Shown: positions 44,997-60,541, counted from the stretch's first letter. The stretch: DNA of 64,000 nt from the human T2T-CHM13v2.0 reference genome, Homo sapiens (GCF_009914755.1 NC_060945.1), one strand, 5' to 3'. Notes: generated by a model from the sequence alone, not told the origin. Program-made: numbers and translations.

Positions 44997-45587
44997 TCAC
45001 AATCTCTTTTTTTAAATAAGTAGAGCAAAAGTATTATTGAAAATCCTCACTAATTTTTAGAACTTACCATAATCTTCAGGGATGTTTGTACATAAATTTT
45101 AAATCACATCGCCATCACAGTTTCTTGACAATTATCAAATGAAAATATAAGAGACCAGAGTATTTCTACCTTAATAAATGTATTTAATTGTGAAACTGGC
45201 AACTACCGTGTAAAGCTTGTTATTTGCTTCACTGCAGAGTAAAGAAGTAGTTATATTAAAGAAAAAATAGTATACACTGAAAGCTTAGTGTATTACAGAA
45301 ATATTTGATGACTGACACCAGCAAAATCCAGGGTGACTCTATCTACACAATAAAAATAGGCACTTGCTTTATATGATCATCCCCAAGAATTTCGGTTCTT
45401 ATTAAGTGATATAAGAGTATGCTTCTTTCTGTTACCTGGAATCAATGGTTATTTCCAATTATCATTATTAGTCTTTTGGATAAAACTGTATATCATAAGT
45501 GCTTTCTCAAAAAAGAATATATTTTACATATGAATATAAAGTTACACTAAATTTAAATTTAATAAGATAACATAAAAGGGCAGATGG

Positions 45588-45907
<320 letters not shown>

Positions 45908-46572
45908 CAGATGGAAGTCAGGAAATTTTACATGCAGAATTTTTTACCTAAAATTTAAAAAATGAATGATGCCAAGGTTTATATCAATTTGAATTATACC
46001 TATTTCCACTCAAATGTATTAAATAAAAGAGAAAGATAAAAAACTTAAGCAAGAGAACACAAACTTTATATTCAGAAAGGTAAACTACAGCTGTCTTTGA
46101 CAGTTTTAACTACAAAATTTTATAATAACCACATTTTCAAAAGATTAGGTGTAATTTTATATAATACATAATTTATTAGTCACAATTTATAGGCTATTAG
46201 AAGTTTGACATGGATAAGTGTACTAAAAGCATTTTGAAGTTGCGAAAATCAAAATATCATGTCCACCTTATATTTTTATCATGGTAATAAGATAATAGGT
46301 TCTTTGGGTAATGGAAAGAAATCATAAGTGTGTAATAGGTTAAAATGAGAAAATGTATACGTTGTGGATGTAAGTAGGAAAGTTATCTTTCCAGTATTAT
46401 TTCTATTCCATAATATCTCAGAAAGCTTTGCCCAGTTATTTGAATTTCTCTTTCATAAAACAGTAAGCTGGATAGTTTTATTGGTTGGTTGTTGATTTTG
46501 TTCTTATATGACTAGTAGAGAATATACTGTACTAAAAAGTTTTGGAGAGAGGCAAGCTCAGTTGGAGGTTGA

Positions 46573-46679
46573 TGTTATAGTGTAGCCTCTATTTCCAATA
46601 ATTCATACAAATATTTATAACAATTGGTGTTATAGTGCAGCCTCTATTTATTTCTAATAATTCATAAAAATATTTATAA
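46573..46679. repeat. Diverged ~50 bp tandem duplication
   Basis: tgttatagtgYagcctctattt...aataattcataMaaatatttataa at 46573 and 46628. Confidence 0.85.
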
Positions 46680-47370
46680 GTATTATGTTTTCTTTCCAAG
46701 CTTGAGGAAATACTTTACTATTTAATTGATTAATTGAATAAAATACAATACATAAACTTCTGTTCAAATCATGAGTTGTATGTTTGTTTAAACGCCAATA
46801 AACCAAATTATCAGCCCACAATAACTCACTAAGTAATAAATTTATTATAACTAATGAATAACTGAAGTTTATTATAATTTTAATTTAACTGATTTCCATT
46901 TGAATCATATAGATTTGTCACTTTTTAATGGGTCCTGCTGTTTTGAATAGAACTCACTATTCTCAAAAAGATAAGTTTATCTGAAAATGTCCATATTTGA
47001 ATCATAGAAAAATGTAATGCTATTTTTGAAGTGTATTTAATTTATCTGTTCATAAGCTTCACTGAGATAAATTGTGAATGGATTAAAAAATATTCCTTTT
47101 ACATTAATTTTTGGGGGATTGTTGAGTGCAATTTTCAAAGTATAAGTAAGGAATTTCTGCAGCTGTTTAGTGTGCTTTTTATGATATCAGAAAAATTGTT
47201 CATCGTAATAAACAAACCCTGTCTTCAGCCCTGTGTCTGAAGTGCTCTTCCCCAATCAACACTAGGGATTGAACAAAATTGAGAAAAGACAAGGAAACAG
47301 GAAAAGGAGACTGTTGCTCAACTGAAGATTTTAGAGGTGTGACCTTCTATAGATGAATTTAGAAACAAAT

Positions 47371-47728
47371 TGCTATGGACTGAACTGAAAATTGTTGTCT
47401 TCCCAGAATGCATACATTGAACCCTTAATCCCCAGTGTGGTAAGTTTTGGAGGTGGGGGCCGTTGGAAGGTAACTGGGGGGTCTAACTGGGATCATAGGG
47501 GTGGAGCCCCCATGCTGGGATTAGTGTTTTTATAAGGGATTGAAGAGACCAGAGTGCTCTCTCTTTGTGCCACATGAGGAGGCAAGAAGAAAGCCAGCTG
47601 GACCACCAGATCTGCTAGTACATTGATCTTGTACTTCCCAACCTTCCAACCTTAAAGAAATAAATGTTTGTTGTTTAAACACCCAATAAATGGTCTCTTG
47701 GAAGAGCACATCCTAGTGACTATGTCAC
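47371..47728 (+). mobile_element. MaLR LTR (MLT1A-like)
   Basis: tgctatggactgaa start; ggtggagcccccatgctgggattagtg; ttgatcttgtacttccca; aataaatgtttgttgtttaa. Confidence 0.85.
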
Positions 47729-50517
47729 AAACAAATCAAACATGTAAATCAATATTTTGATTAAAAACAAAAACAAAAATATGAACCCTTATAATTGTCA
47801 CAAGTTCCATCATCACTAAATACATTTAATTTTTTCATCAATAAAAAGAGGATTATTAAATTACTTTAAGACTCTAAGTCATAAACAACATTTAATTCTT
47901 GATAATATAAATCTAGAAAGCAATAGATTTAGTCTAATAATTTAACTACGTTGAAATGCTATGAACTTGGATTAAAATTGAATTTAATAATACAATTTTT
48001 AAGGTAATCTGGAAAAAACTTCCACAGTATTACTTTTTGTAATTTCCTAATTTTTAAGTCATATTAACTCTAATAAAGCTAGATATAGCAGTCTAATGAA
48101 TGTAAATAAAATATAACCCTGTAAATACAAGATATTGTTAACACTTAAAATAACAAATGGTAACAGTGGAATATATAGTTGCCCAGATTCATCATTTAAG
48201 TCAGATTTTAGAAAATTTGAATATCTCAGATTCCTAAAACAAATCTTATACTTGGGATTAGCAGTAGTGATTCTAACGATCCATGCTAAATGAAAACATT
48301 GTATTGTAAATAAAACCATAGAATTTTAGTTGGGATAAAGGAGCTAATATTTGCACAAAATATTATTTCCTACATTAGCAACATTGAAAGAAAAACTGGA
48401 ATTATGTTTTTCTAGACTAGCAGTATTGGTTAACTTTTAACAGCTTAGGTCTTAATGGAATGTCATCAACTTCATTTAGCTGTTTTATTTTGCCGTTGTT
48501 ACTGGAGTCCACTGCTCTTCCTCGATTTGTTCCTGACAATTTTTTTCATGAAAAAGAAACTAAGAAATATGTAAGAATATTTAAGCAAAGCACAGGATGT
48601 ATCTCTTTGCACATGAACCTAATGCTGTAGTAATATAATTTCACTAATGTTTATTTTGATATATCAATCATCTAGAGTTATCTATAATGAATACATTTTA
48701 GGTTTGCAAGACGGTGATGATGAACCATTATGCAACAGTGAGTATCTCACTTTAAAATTTAAAGACACTACCTGGACAAATTTAAAATGCAAATTTCACA
48801 TCCTAGGAATTTAGCTCATGGTTAGCTTTCCTGAAATAATTACTTCCAAAAGTCCTGAATAACTTACTGAAATATTTTTTCCTAGGCAAGCATTATATTC
48901 TCTTTTAATTTCAAGGTATTATTATTTATATATTTTAAAAGCTATTTAATTTACCGAAGTTGAATTACTCACCAGCAAGCTTCTAGAAGGTATTAAATAA
49001 ACGAACGCATCTAAAGCTCTTACTGCAATGACTAGCCAATAATGACCATTCGGTATACATTAGCCATTATTAAAATTACTCATTCACTTGTAATTTAAAA
49101 TATTCTGAAGCCTGACTATAATAGAGCCAATTTTGCCTTCATTTTTTCCTCCACCTTCCTACACGTACTTCTATTGCTACATTCTCAAAATGGCATCATA
49201 ATTCAGAGATTATTTTAAACTCTGAGATATTCATCACTTCTAAAATTGTCAGGTCTTTTTTATCTCCTCTAGGTTAACAGTTAATGAAGATTCTCAGCAG
49301 GGTGTTAAGGTAGCAATTACAGCAGAAGTTTTGAGCTGCCAGAGCTCAGTTGAAAAGCAAATTCTATCTCAATCAAATCCCTATTGAGAAAGTGAAAGCA
49401 AAGGAAAGTGTAGTCTCTACACTGGCATGGTATCTGTAATGAAAAGATTTAATACTGCTGCTCTTATACCCCGGCAACACCTATTCTCAGGAAATTTCAA
49501 ATAAAAGTATCCATTTTTAGATTTCCTACATATTCTGTTCTTGGGATATGATCTACTGTACTTAACATTTGATTAAGATGAGATAGGTACGATTATTCTT
49601 TTTTGTTTTTATTTTTCTAATCACTACAGTAAGTATAGTAGCTGTATACAATTTGAAAACGACTGAAGGTTATAAATAAAGCAGTAAAAACAGGTTGCAT
49701 ATTACATGCTATAGGATGACATACTTATTCCAGCTAAGAGCAAAGTCGTCATAAAATGTATGTTTAGATTTTGCTTGTATCTAAATGTTTGATAATACTC
49801 TTCGGGTCTTACAGATGAACAAGCCAACTTCCATCAGTTAAATAGCTTCCCAAAGATCTGAGTAGCAAAAATACCAAGGTGCAAATTGTACTGATTCTAA
49901 GACTGATTTATACAATGTGAAAATTATTTTTCAAATGGAGAATAATAATAGTAGAATAAACAATAAGAATAAATGATAAAAAGGGACAGCCTTCTACGTA
50001 GATACCCTCTAAAGTAGAATTTACCGTTGCCAGATGTCTCATTCGCAGGCCAAATATTGGACAAGCTTTAGCATATGACTCACTCACTGACTTAACAACA
50101 TTTTAATTACAATTCAAATTGAAGTAGTTTAATTTATAATAAGGTGATGACAACCAGGTAACGTTTTCCTTAATACAAAATGAAAGTTATAAAGACTCTG
50201 GAATAAACTACTTGATTGTCTCCAGACTTGTAACTGGAGCAAAGTATACAATGTAGTTTTATTGATATTTTCATTTACTTTTAAAGAAATTAACACTTAA
50301 AACTTCATTTTTCTCAAATGAAAATAAAAGGCTCTCATGATGTTGAAAGTGTTTCTGTGCTTTAAATATTAAAATGAGAATTACTTACATCAAATTCATA
50401 TCTGAAGAGACTTTGAATAACACGTCTGAAAGGTTTTCATAAATGTTGTAAAATCATGAATCAGAGATGAGGTGCAGCAGGGGCCATTTGGGCAGGCGAA
50501 AGTACTGTAAGTTAAAC

Positions 50518-50818
50518 TTTTTTTTTTTTTTTTTTTGAGACGGAGTCTCACTCTGTCACCCAGGATGTAGTGCAGTGGTGCAATCCTGGCTCCCTGCAAC
50601 CTCTGCCTCCTAGGTTCAAGTGATTCTCCTGCCTCAGCCTCCTGAGTAGCTGGGATTGTAGGCACCTGCCACCACGCCTGACTAATTTTTGTATTTTTAG
50701 TGAAGATGGGGTTTTGCCGTGTTGGCCAGGCTGGCCTTGAACTCCTGACCTCAGGTGATCCACCCACCTGGTCCTCCCAAAGTGCTGGGATTACAGGCGT
50801 GAGCCACTGCAACCAGCC
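50518..50818 (-). mobile_element. AluSx-like
   Basis: Full antisense Alu with a poly(T) head. Confidence 0.95.
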
Positions 50819-51575
50819 AACATTTTTCATGAATATATTAATGAACTAAACTGTAAAGTAAAACTTCCATGGTACACAGGTTGGTTTGGAACTCATCCCT
50901 GCTGCTTCTTTTTCCAGATGTTTCTTCAAAATAGTTATATCACTTGTACTTTCAGTTGGTCATTGAAAACTGCTACATTGTGCTGAATACAGGGAATATT
51001 CAGTGCTCATTTATAAATTTTCACTTAGAAAGTATCATTCATATTACATTAGATAAATTTCTAAATATTGAGAAAACTTGGCTGTTGAGATGTAATTCTT
51101 ATCTATTTGTAAAATTGGATTCTTTCCCAGTATTTATTTCCTTATCTACAGGCATGGTCAACAACAACAAAACACAATCAGATTTTTTAAAATGAGCAAA
51201 GGACTTAAATAGACATTTATCCAAAGAAGATACACAAATGATCAATAGACACACGAAAAGATGTTCAATGTTGCTACTTATTAAGGTAATGCAAATCAAA
51301 ATCACAGTGAAAGCAATCTGGTGATTCCTCAAAATATTCATATGATTCAGCAATTCCCCTTATGGTTACATACTCAAAAGAAGTGAAAGCTGGGACTCAA
51401 ACAAACATTTCTATGCACATGTTTATAGCCAGATTATTCTCAATGAGCAAAAGGTCAAAACAATTCAATGGACAAAAGGTAGAAACAACCCAAGTGTCCA
51501 CTGAGGAATGAATGGGTGAACAAAATGTGCTACATATAATACATAAAGGTGAACCAAATGTATTATTACACATAA

Positions 51576-51997
<422 letters not shown>

Positions 51998-54208
51998 AAC
52001 ATATGTGATTCAGCCTTAAAAACGAAGACAAATTCTGACACACGTGATAACATGGATGAACGTTGATGACATGCCAAGTGAAATAAACCTGTTAGAAAAG
52101 GACAAACAGTGCATGATTCCACTTGTGTGAGGTTCCTTGAATAGTCAAAATCATAGAAACAGATAGAATGGTGGTTGCCAGAAGCTGGGAGAAGAAATAC
52201 GTGGGCTTAGTGTTTGATGGGTACAGAGTTTCAATTGGGGAAAATGAAAAAGTTCTAGAGGCGGATAGCAGTAATGGTTGTACAACGATGTGCCTGTACA
52301 CAATGTCACAGAACTGTACATTTGAACATTAAAATGGGAAATTTAATTTTATGTATATTTTAACACTGCACATATACAGAGACATGGACTCTGTATGACT
52401 TTAATTTACAGTATAATTTCACCCCCTCCAAAACCACAATATTTTTGGTTTTATTCTAATAATCAGTAAAACTATTCAGCAGGCAAATATATTTATTTTT
52501 TCCATGAAGAAAACTATATAGAAGTATAATATGGGAATAATTGTCCTACAAAGTCCCAAAAAGAGGCCATTCGATTGTCCTCTCCTGAAAAGGATTTAAA
52601 TGAGCGTTAGCATCTTTATAAACCAAAGCAATTAGTATCCGTGCGGTTTTGTCCTTTCCTCAATATGTGATTAAAGCTAGATTTATATGCTTTCAGCTGG
52701 CCACATTTCTTAGTCAAATGAAATTTTTCATGTAAATGATTCTCCAACTTGAATTGGACCCACTCAAAAAAAAATTCTTGTCAGAAATGCAAATTGAACA
52801 GCGTCTTAAACAGAAGCACTATCTTGGGAAAAAAAACTCAGAATGTATATTGAAATCTAAATGGCCGCCTCTTTTTACAGATAAGCTCATTCAAATGTCA
52901 TTCAAATGTCTTTCAAAAACTGTTGCTTTATCTGTGAAAAAAGATACCTGTGCTAGCTGGTTAGCACTGGAGTTTTCCTAATGTTTTGCTCTGTCAATAT
53001 TTCCTTATCAACAAATGAACTCATGCGATGGTAGATGCAGAATTGAAATACTGCAGTGATTATGCGTTAACATCTAGTATAGTTTTATTTTTCTAATTTT
53101 AGCTTCAGTAAAGTAACGACACATCTAATTTTTTTAATATTTGACTCAAAATAAAAGGATCTGAGTTCAGGAATTATTGTCCAAAAAAAAAGATTGTCCT
53201 AAAACTAACATGACATAATGGGAACAGCAGTGGCCAGGAAGTAGAGACCTATAGATTCTTTTTCCATAAATGAGCTTTGTGGTCTTGAGACTGGCACCCT
53301 AATATCTCACGACGGCAGTGAAACTTGTTAAATAAGAAGAAACTGAATGGAAGAGTGTAAATTTAATAGCAAGGTTTTCTGGTTTTGGCACTTATTATAA
53401 CACCTTTTAAATATAAGAACTTGGAGGAAGAATCTTAAAGTCTCTCAGCCATTTTATATAATTAGGCAAAGATACACAGTTGAAATAGACAAATCTGACC
53501 CATTTTTTTCACAGGTCAAGACGTTATACACTATTTCTACATCAAATGTTCTAGACAGAACACCCGTTAGGAACAAGCAGGGAGAAACTATTTCTAGGCA
53601 TTTTAAAGGTCCTGGTTTAATCTGTGGAATAAGATAAAGGCCCTAGTTGCACAGTCCAGGAGATGGCCCTAGCCTTGCCAGGGAAACCTTGCAGGTCAGC
53701 ACTAATATTCCCTGAGATGTAATCAGGGTTGGGAATAAGAAATCGCCCTAGTGCCTTACCCAGTTAAATATTACCTGAAGCCCAAGGTTGGAGTTACTGT
53801 TACAATAAACAAGCAAAGAAATAGATAAAGCCGGAGAAAGTGAAAGAAAACAAGTTTAAAGGGATGCGATGATATTTTTTCCTCAGAGAGTTTATTCCCA
53901 TAAAACCTACATTTCCAGGTATGACAAAGTAAATTAAACAGTGAAAAAAATTAAAAAAAAAAAGGTCTTTCTCTAAAACTTTGTGGCAAAGCTATAAAAC
54001 AACTTTAGGCTTAAGATTTCTTGCAGCTAAACCTGATGAGAGAGAGACATCGGTCAAGGTGAACACTCTTATTCTGTCTCCACTGGGAATCTGAGTGAGA
54101 TAGTCAACTCATCAGGATAAAAATCAGCAACCAGCAATAGGATGGGATGATTTTATAAAAAGCTTAGTTCGTTAAGGAAAGCAAACACATTTCTTGCTGT
54201 TATTTTCT

Positions 54209-55962
54209 TCTTGTTTTAAATTATTATACTTTAAGTTCTGGGGTACGTGTGCAGAACGTGCAGGTTTGTTACATAGGTATACGCGTGCCATGGTAATTTG
54301 CTGCAACCATCAACCCGCCACCTACATTACGTATTTCTCCTAGTGCTATCCCTCCCCTTGCCCCCAACCCCCAGACAGGCCCCAGTGTGTGATGTTCCCC
54401 TCCCTGTGCCCATATGTTCTCATTGTTCAACTCCCACTTATGAGTGAGAACACGCGGTGTTTGGTTTTCTGTTCCTATATCAGTTTGCTGAAAATGATGG
54501 TTTCCAGCTTCAACTATGTCCCTGCAAAGGACATGAACTCATTCTTTTCTATGGCTGCATAGTATTCCATGGTATATATGTGCCACATTTTCTTTATCCA
54601 GTCTATCATTGATGGGCATTTGGGTTTGCTCCCAGTCTTTGCGATTGTAAATAGTGCTGCAATAAACATATGTGTGCATGTGTCTTTATAGTAGAATGAT
54701 TTATAATCCTTTGGGTATATACCTAGTAATGGGATTGCTGGGTCAAATGGTATTTCTGGTTCTGGATCTTGAGGAATCACCACACTGTCTTCCACAATGG
54801 TTGAACTAGTTTACAGTCCCACCAACAGTGTAAAAGTGTGCCTATTTCTCCACATCCTCTCCAGCGTCTGTTGTTTCCTGACTTTTTGATGATTGCCATT
54901 CTAACTGGCGTGAGATGTTATGTCATTTTGGTTTTGATTTGCATTTCTCAAATGACCAATGATGATGAGCTTTTTTCATGTTTGTTGGCCACATAAATGT
55001 CTTGTTTTGAAAAATGTCTGCTTAGATCCTTCACCTAATTTTTGATGGGGTTGTTTGTTTCTTTCTTGTAAATTTGTTTAAGTTCCTTGTAGATTCTGGA
55101 TATTAGTACTTTGTCAGATGGATACATTGCAAAAATTTTCTCCCATTCTGTAAGTGGCCTGGTCACTCTGATGCTAGTTTCTTTTGCTGTGCAGAAGCTC
55201 TTTACTTCAATTAGATCCCATTTGTCAATTTTGGCTTTTGTTGCCATTGCTTTTGGTGTTTTAGTCATGAAGTCTTTGCCCATGCCTATGTCCTGAATGG
55301 TATTGCCTAGGTTTTCTTCTAGGGTTTTTATGGTTTTAGGTCTCACGTTTAAGTCTTTAATCCATCTTCAGTTAATCTTTGTATAAGGTGCAAGGAAGGG
55401 ATCCAGTTTCAGTTTTCTGTATATGGCTAACCCGTTTTCCCAATAGTATTTATTAAATAGGGAATCCTATCCCCATTGCTTGTGCAAAATTACCAGCCAG
55501 CATCATAATGACAGGATCAAATTCATACATAACACTATTAACCTTAAATGTAAATAGTCTAAATGCCTCAGTTAAAATATACAGACTGACAAATTGGATA
55601 AAGAGTCAAGACCCATTGGTGTGCTGAATTCAGGAGACCCATCTCACGTGCAAAGACACATGGAGAAATATTTACCAAGCAAATGGAGAGCAAAAACATA
55701 ACAAAAAAAGAGAGCAGTTGCAATCCTAGTCTTTGATAAAACAGGCTTTAAACCAACAAAGATCAAAAGAGACAAGGAAGACCATTACATAATGGTAAAG
55801 GGATCAATGCAAGAAGAAGAGCTAACTATCCTAAATATAGATGCACCCATTACAGGAGCACCCAGATTCATCAAGCAAGTTCTTAGAAACCTACAAAGAG
55901 AGTTAGACTCCCACACAATAATAGTGGGAGACTTTGATACCCACTGTCAATATTAGATCAAT
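54209..55962 (-). mobile_element. L1PA (about L1PA7/8) with a 5' inversion
   Basis: Antisense 3' ~1.27 kb (54209-55483) plus sense-oriented ORF2 start (MTGSNSYITLLTLN at 55508); TSD ttgctgttattKtct at 54194 and 55963. Confidence 0.93.
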
Positions 55963-56852
55963 TTGCTGTTATTGTCTATCTTTGCTACCACTGGGCAATT
56001 TTCTTTTTTTCAGAAATAGAAATTAGAAAGCAGTAACTCTTTCCACAGAGATTATGCTCAGTTCTAGGTCATGTGTCTTTTGACCCTTTTGCCTAACATA
56101 AGAAGTCTGTTTTAATGCACTGGAGATCAAGTTTTCACAAAACAACATTGTGATTTCACAAATGCTTTACTAGAAAGCTAAAAATGAAGCAGTGTGATGG
56201 TATTTTATTTTAGATCAATTCATGCAAGCATAACCTTACATGGTAGACTAAAGCTTCATGAAGTCTAGTTTGATTTCTATAACCTGGATATTTAGAGCTG
56301 CTGATTTATGAAGACTAGTTAGAAACCTGAATTTTAGTTATTTTCCCCTCAGGCATTTTGTGATGTACTTGTTTCATGCAGTTGACGTTCCTTGCTTTGA
56401 GAAGCACAGAAATAAATACCAATCAGTCAAACAGATAACCCTGGAAAAATGATATAGATATTTCTCACACAGAGAACAGTGGCAATTGGGTTTCTGCCCA
56501 TTACTGTGTCACAGGTTTTCTGAAATGACTTCCTATGCTGCTCTCCCACCAATGACATTTATAATGGTCTCTATTCTTTCTGAAGGAAGACGCCTGGAGG
56601 ATGTGAGTCCTTTGATTCGAAGAAGCTCACAGTACTCTGTAAGATTCTAATTATAAATACAAAACATTAAAATGTTTTGCCCATTATTTTCCACTATTTT
56701 CACTCCTGTTTATTGAAAACTAATGAGATAATGCGTTTTCAAAGCACACTTAAATTATTGAACTTTAAAATACAGTAACCAAATTATCATACTCCTAAAG
56801 CAATTTTCAATCTTTTTAAAGTATAAAATAGTACCTGAAAAGAGCATAACAC

Positions 56853-57252
56853 TTTTTTAAATTTAATTTTTATTTATAATTAGCACACGGTATTGTACAT
56901 ATTCATAGGGTACAATATGATGGTTCAATGCATGTATAGATAGTGTAATGGAATCCAGCCATTCTATTACTGGGTATATCCAAAGGAAATGAAATTGGTA
57001 GGTCTAGCAGACATCTGCACACCCATGTTTATTGCAGCACAATTCACAATAACCCATATATTGTATAAACCTAAATGCCCATCTAATGATGAATGGATTA
57101 AGAAAATGTCATACATATACACAATGAAATACGATTCATCTACAAAATAGATTGAAATCCTGTCATTTGCAGCAACATGGGTAAATCTGGAGGACACGAA
57201 ATAAGCCAGGCACAAAAAGACAAACACTGTATCATCTCACTCATATGTTGAA
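56853..57252 (-). mobile_element. L1MA-like insertion with a 5' inversion
   Basis: Antisense 3' tip to ~56950, then sense atccagccattctattactgggtatatccaaaggaaatgaaa...atctcactcatatg. Confidence 0.75.
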
Positions 57253-57523
57253 TATAACCTGTTACTTCTTAGGCAATAAATAAATGGAGATTTTTTTTTT
57301 TTACTTACAGCTTTGATAGAGCATCAATGTTGAGCCATTGAAAAATCTGATGGAGCAGAAAGTTTAATACTAAATCTAACCTCTGGCAGATATTTAGGAC
57401 AAAACACCCAGGGTTCTCGAGTTACTTTGGTCTCATAGTGGAATTATAGAGATTATTCTACGTTCTTGAAAAAGGGATTTCAGATGTCATTTTTCCTTTC
57501 TTTGTCTGATATAGAAAGTTATA

Positions 57524-57833
<310 letters not shown>

Positions 57834-59995
57834 ATTATATAGGTGGCTAAACTGTCTCATCCTGCTCAACTTATTGATTAAATCCTCCTCATCCTGATTT
57901 TATACTTCAGCTGTCAGTCAAGTTGGGAATCACATGGTTATTCTTTCACTCTACCATGCTCATGATGACTATGTGATTACTGGGTCATTTTGTCAGGGAA
58001 ATTACAATCAGTAAGGGACAAGGATTCATCTTAAATAAACTCTTACATTATTATTTCAGATATTGGTAATAAGCATTTTAAATCTGGTCATTTTGTGTTT
58101 GTGTGTGTACCATCCCCTAATATAATAGATTTCTATTCTAATTATATAGTTAGGTATAATTTTGACAGTGTTCACCATAAAAATATATTTTTAGGTATTT
58201 TTAACTAAAATATTTATATGAATACTGTTACAGCTGGAGGAATCAGGGATAAATCACTTAAATTCTACAAGAAATATATAGGCTTAAAGAATAGAAAGTG
58301 GGGATAATGAAGACTACTTCGTGGCTCCTTCCAACTCCAAACAAATGTTTATAAATACATTATCATAATATATTATAAACATCATATATGACATTATAAA
58401 TAAAATGCACATTAAATAAACATATATATACAGTATACAATACATAATAAAACACAAAATTATGTGTGTCATATATATTTATAATTCTTGATAGGACTGT
58501 GAATTTTGAGGAGCTAAATTAGTGAGTTGAGGATTGTAGGCTATGAAAGGACCCACTCTACGCAGAATAACAAAACATACATTTGAGAGGCCTTGAAAAT
58601 GTTTAATTTTTATGGAATGATATTATAGTGGATTGCTCAGACTCAGAAACTGATGTGATGGGAACTTGCCCAATTATATCTAAAAAGGATAAAGAAAATT
58701 AAAGGACAAGTGTAAGACCTCTAGAAGAGATATTTTATAGTCTTCTTATGGCAGAAGTGGTATTAAATGCCAAAGAATGACTGATCTTTTGAAACTTTTG
58801 TCATTTTTTACAATTATCACTTTTAAATAAAAATTTTATAACAAAACATTTTGAACTTGACTTTGAGGAAGACAAAGTTTGTCAAAAGGCCATATATTTT
58901 GCAATTTATTTTCAATCCATGACATAAAAACATAAAACAACTACTGTGATATTAAGTAAATTTAAGGAGAATCTTGGTGATTGTAGGTGAATATGATTCA
59001 AAATATTTAAGCCACATGTCTTCAAAAGATTATAAAATAAAAGATTTAATAAATTAATAAAGTATTAAGTAAATCAAATTCAAACAAGAACATGATTTCA
59101 GTTTTTTTCTGTAATAAGACAAATTAGAATTGATTAGTGTATTTTGTTGGATGTTTATTTAGCAGGTATCAGAGTATTGGAGGAGAACTAATATCACCCA
59201 GTCCCCAAATAAATATTTTTCTATACTAAGTGTGAGATTAGCTTATCTCTCTGTTACTAATGGAATAGATAACTAGAGGTTCCTATTTCATCAAGCATGT
59301 GTAAGAAAGAGAAATCAGAAAAATAAATTCTCCAATGTTTTTATTACTGAAGTAAAACAAGTTTATATTTAACAACAGCATAATCACAGCAGAAACTATG
59401 CCAAATGCATTTTACTTTGGACACATTGTAATTTTCTATATCCTCACTGGATGAAATCATACTCATCGTTGCTTTTTTGAAACCCCATATGTTGAACTTG
59501 CATATGATGATTCAATATTGAACACACATTTCTTCATAATATATAAATATGATTTCAATATTTTGAAGAAAACACATTTTTTTATTATTTGCATTTGTCC
59601 AATGAGCTGGATACTTGGCATTTGACAAATGTGAAAACTCTATTAAGAAAAGGTAGTAAGCGTGTGTGCCAACAACACACAAAATTATTTATTTAGAACT
59701 GAATATATGTTAGTCACTGTACCAAATACTTTATGGTTTCTCATTAATCTTCAGGCAATTACATGGTGTACTGCAAAACCCATTCTGCTCAACTAGCACT
59801 AACAAACTTGAATTCAGATTAACTATGAGACTAAGCACATCAACACAATAGGCTTATCCCACCACCATATTTGCTTAGACTCATGAGAGATATAGGTCAG
59901 TCAAGAACACAGCAGAGTAAGAGCTCAGGATTTACGAATCCAGTTTCAGATTCCCCAGTCACTCCTAATTTGGGATCTGTGTGATCACCAGAAAA

Positions 59996-60041
59996 TTGTG
60001 CACGTGTACCCTAAAACTTAAAGTATAATAATAAAAAAAAA
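59996..60041 (+). mobile_element. Tiny L1PA 3' tip (~45 bp)
   Basis: ttgtgcacgtgtaccctaaaacttaaagtataataataaaaaaaaa. Confidence 0.85.
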
Positions 60042-60541
60042 GTAGCCAGAATGGGCATGGGTGAAATAGAGTAGTCATCCTTTCTAAGACTTTGCTGCTT
60101 TCAAAAATACCTAATCACTTAGTTCTCCCACTGGTACCAGGCCAGTTCTTATTTTCTAGGGCAGGTGCAGCTCAACAATAGAATCTTGCAATGAAGTGCT
60201 GGTATTTGATCCTAAACATAGTAGCATAAGCTGGATTCTTATTTATTTTGGGTCAGATATGATGATGTTCTTATAGAATACATTCTGTAAATAAAAATAT
60301 AATAATATGCAATGCAGATGTTACAGAAATATTAAAGCAGTGTTTAGCTTACCAAATATCAGTAAATATCATTTTGTCAACCATGACAAGAAAAACAGCC
60401 TTTTCCAGGTACCCTAAAGGAAGATAGCAAGTATATATTGCAGTCCTTCCAATGCAAAAGGAAATTAAGTTTCTTCCTCCAAACATAGGAATGGGAATAG
60501 AAAGCATGAATCAAGTTGTTTTAATCACCTCGTATTGGAAC

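Noticed and set aside
54514-55346. ORFs resembling LINE-1 ORF2p (also 33510-33740)
   Set aside because: They are fragments of truncated, interrupted L1 copies that cannot encode a functional ORF2p.
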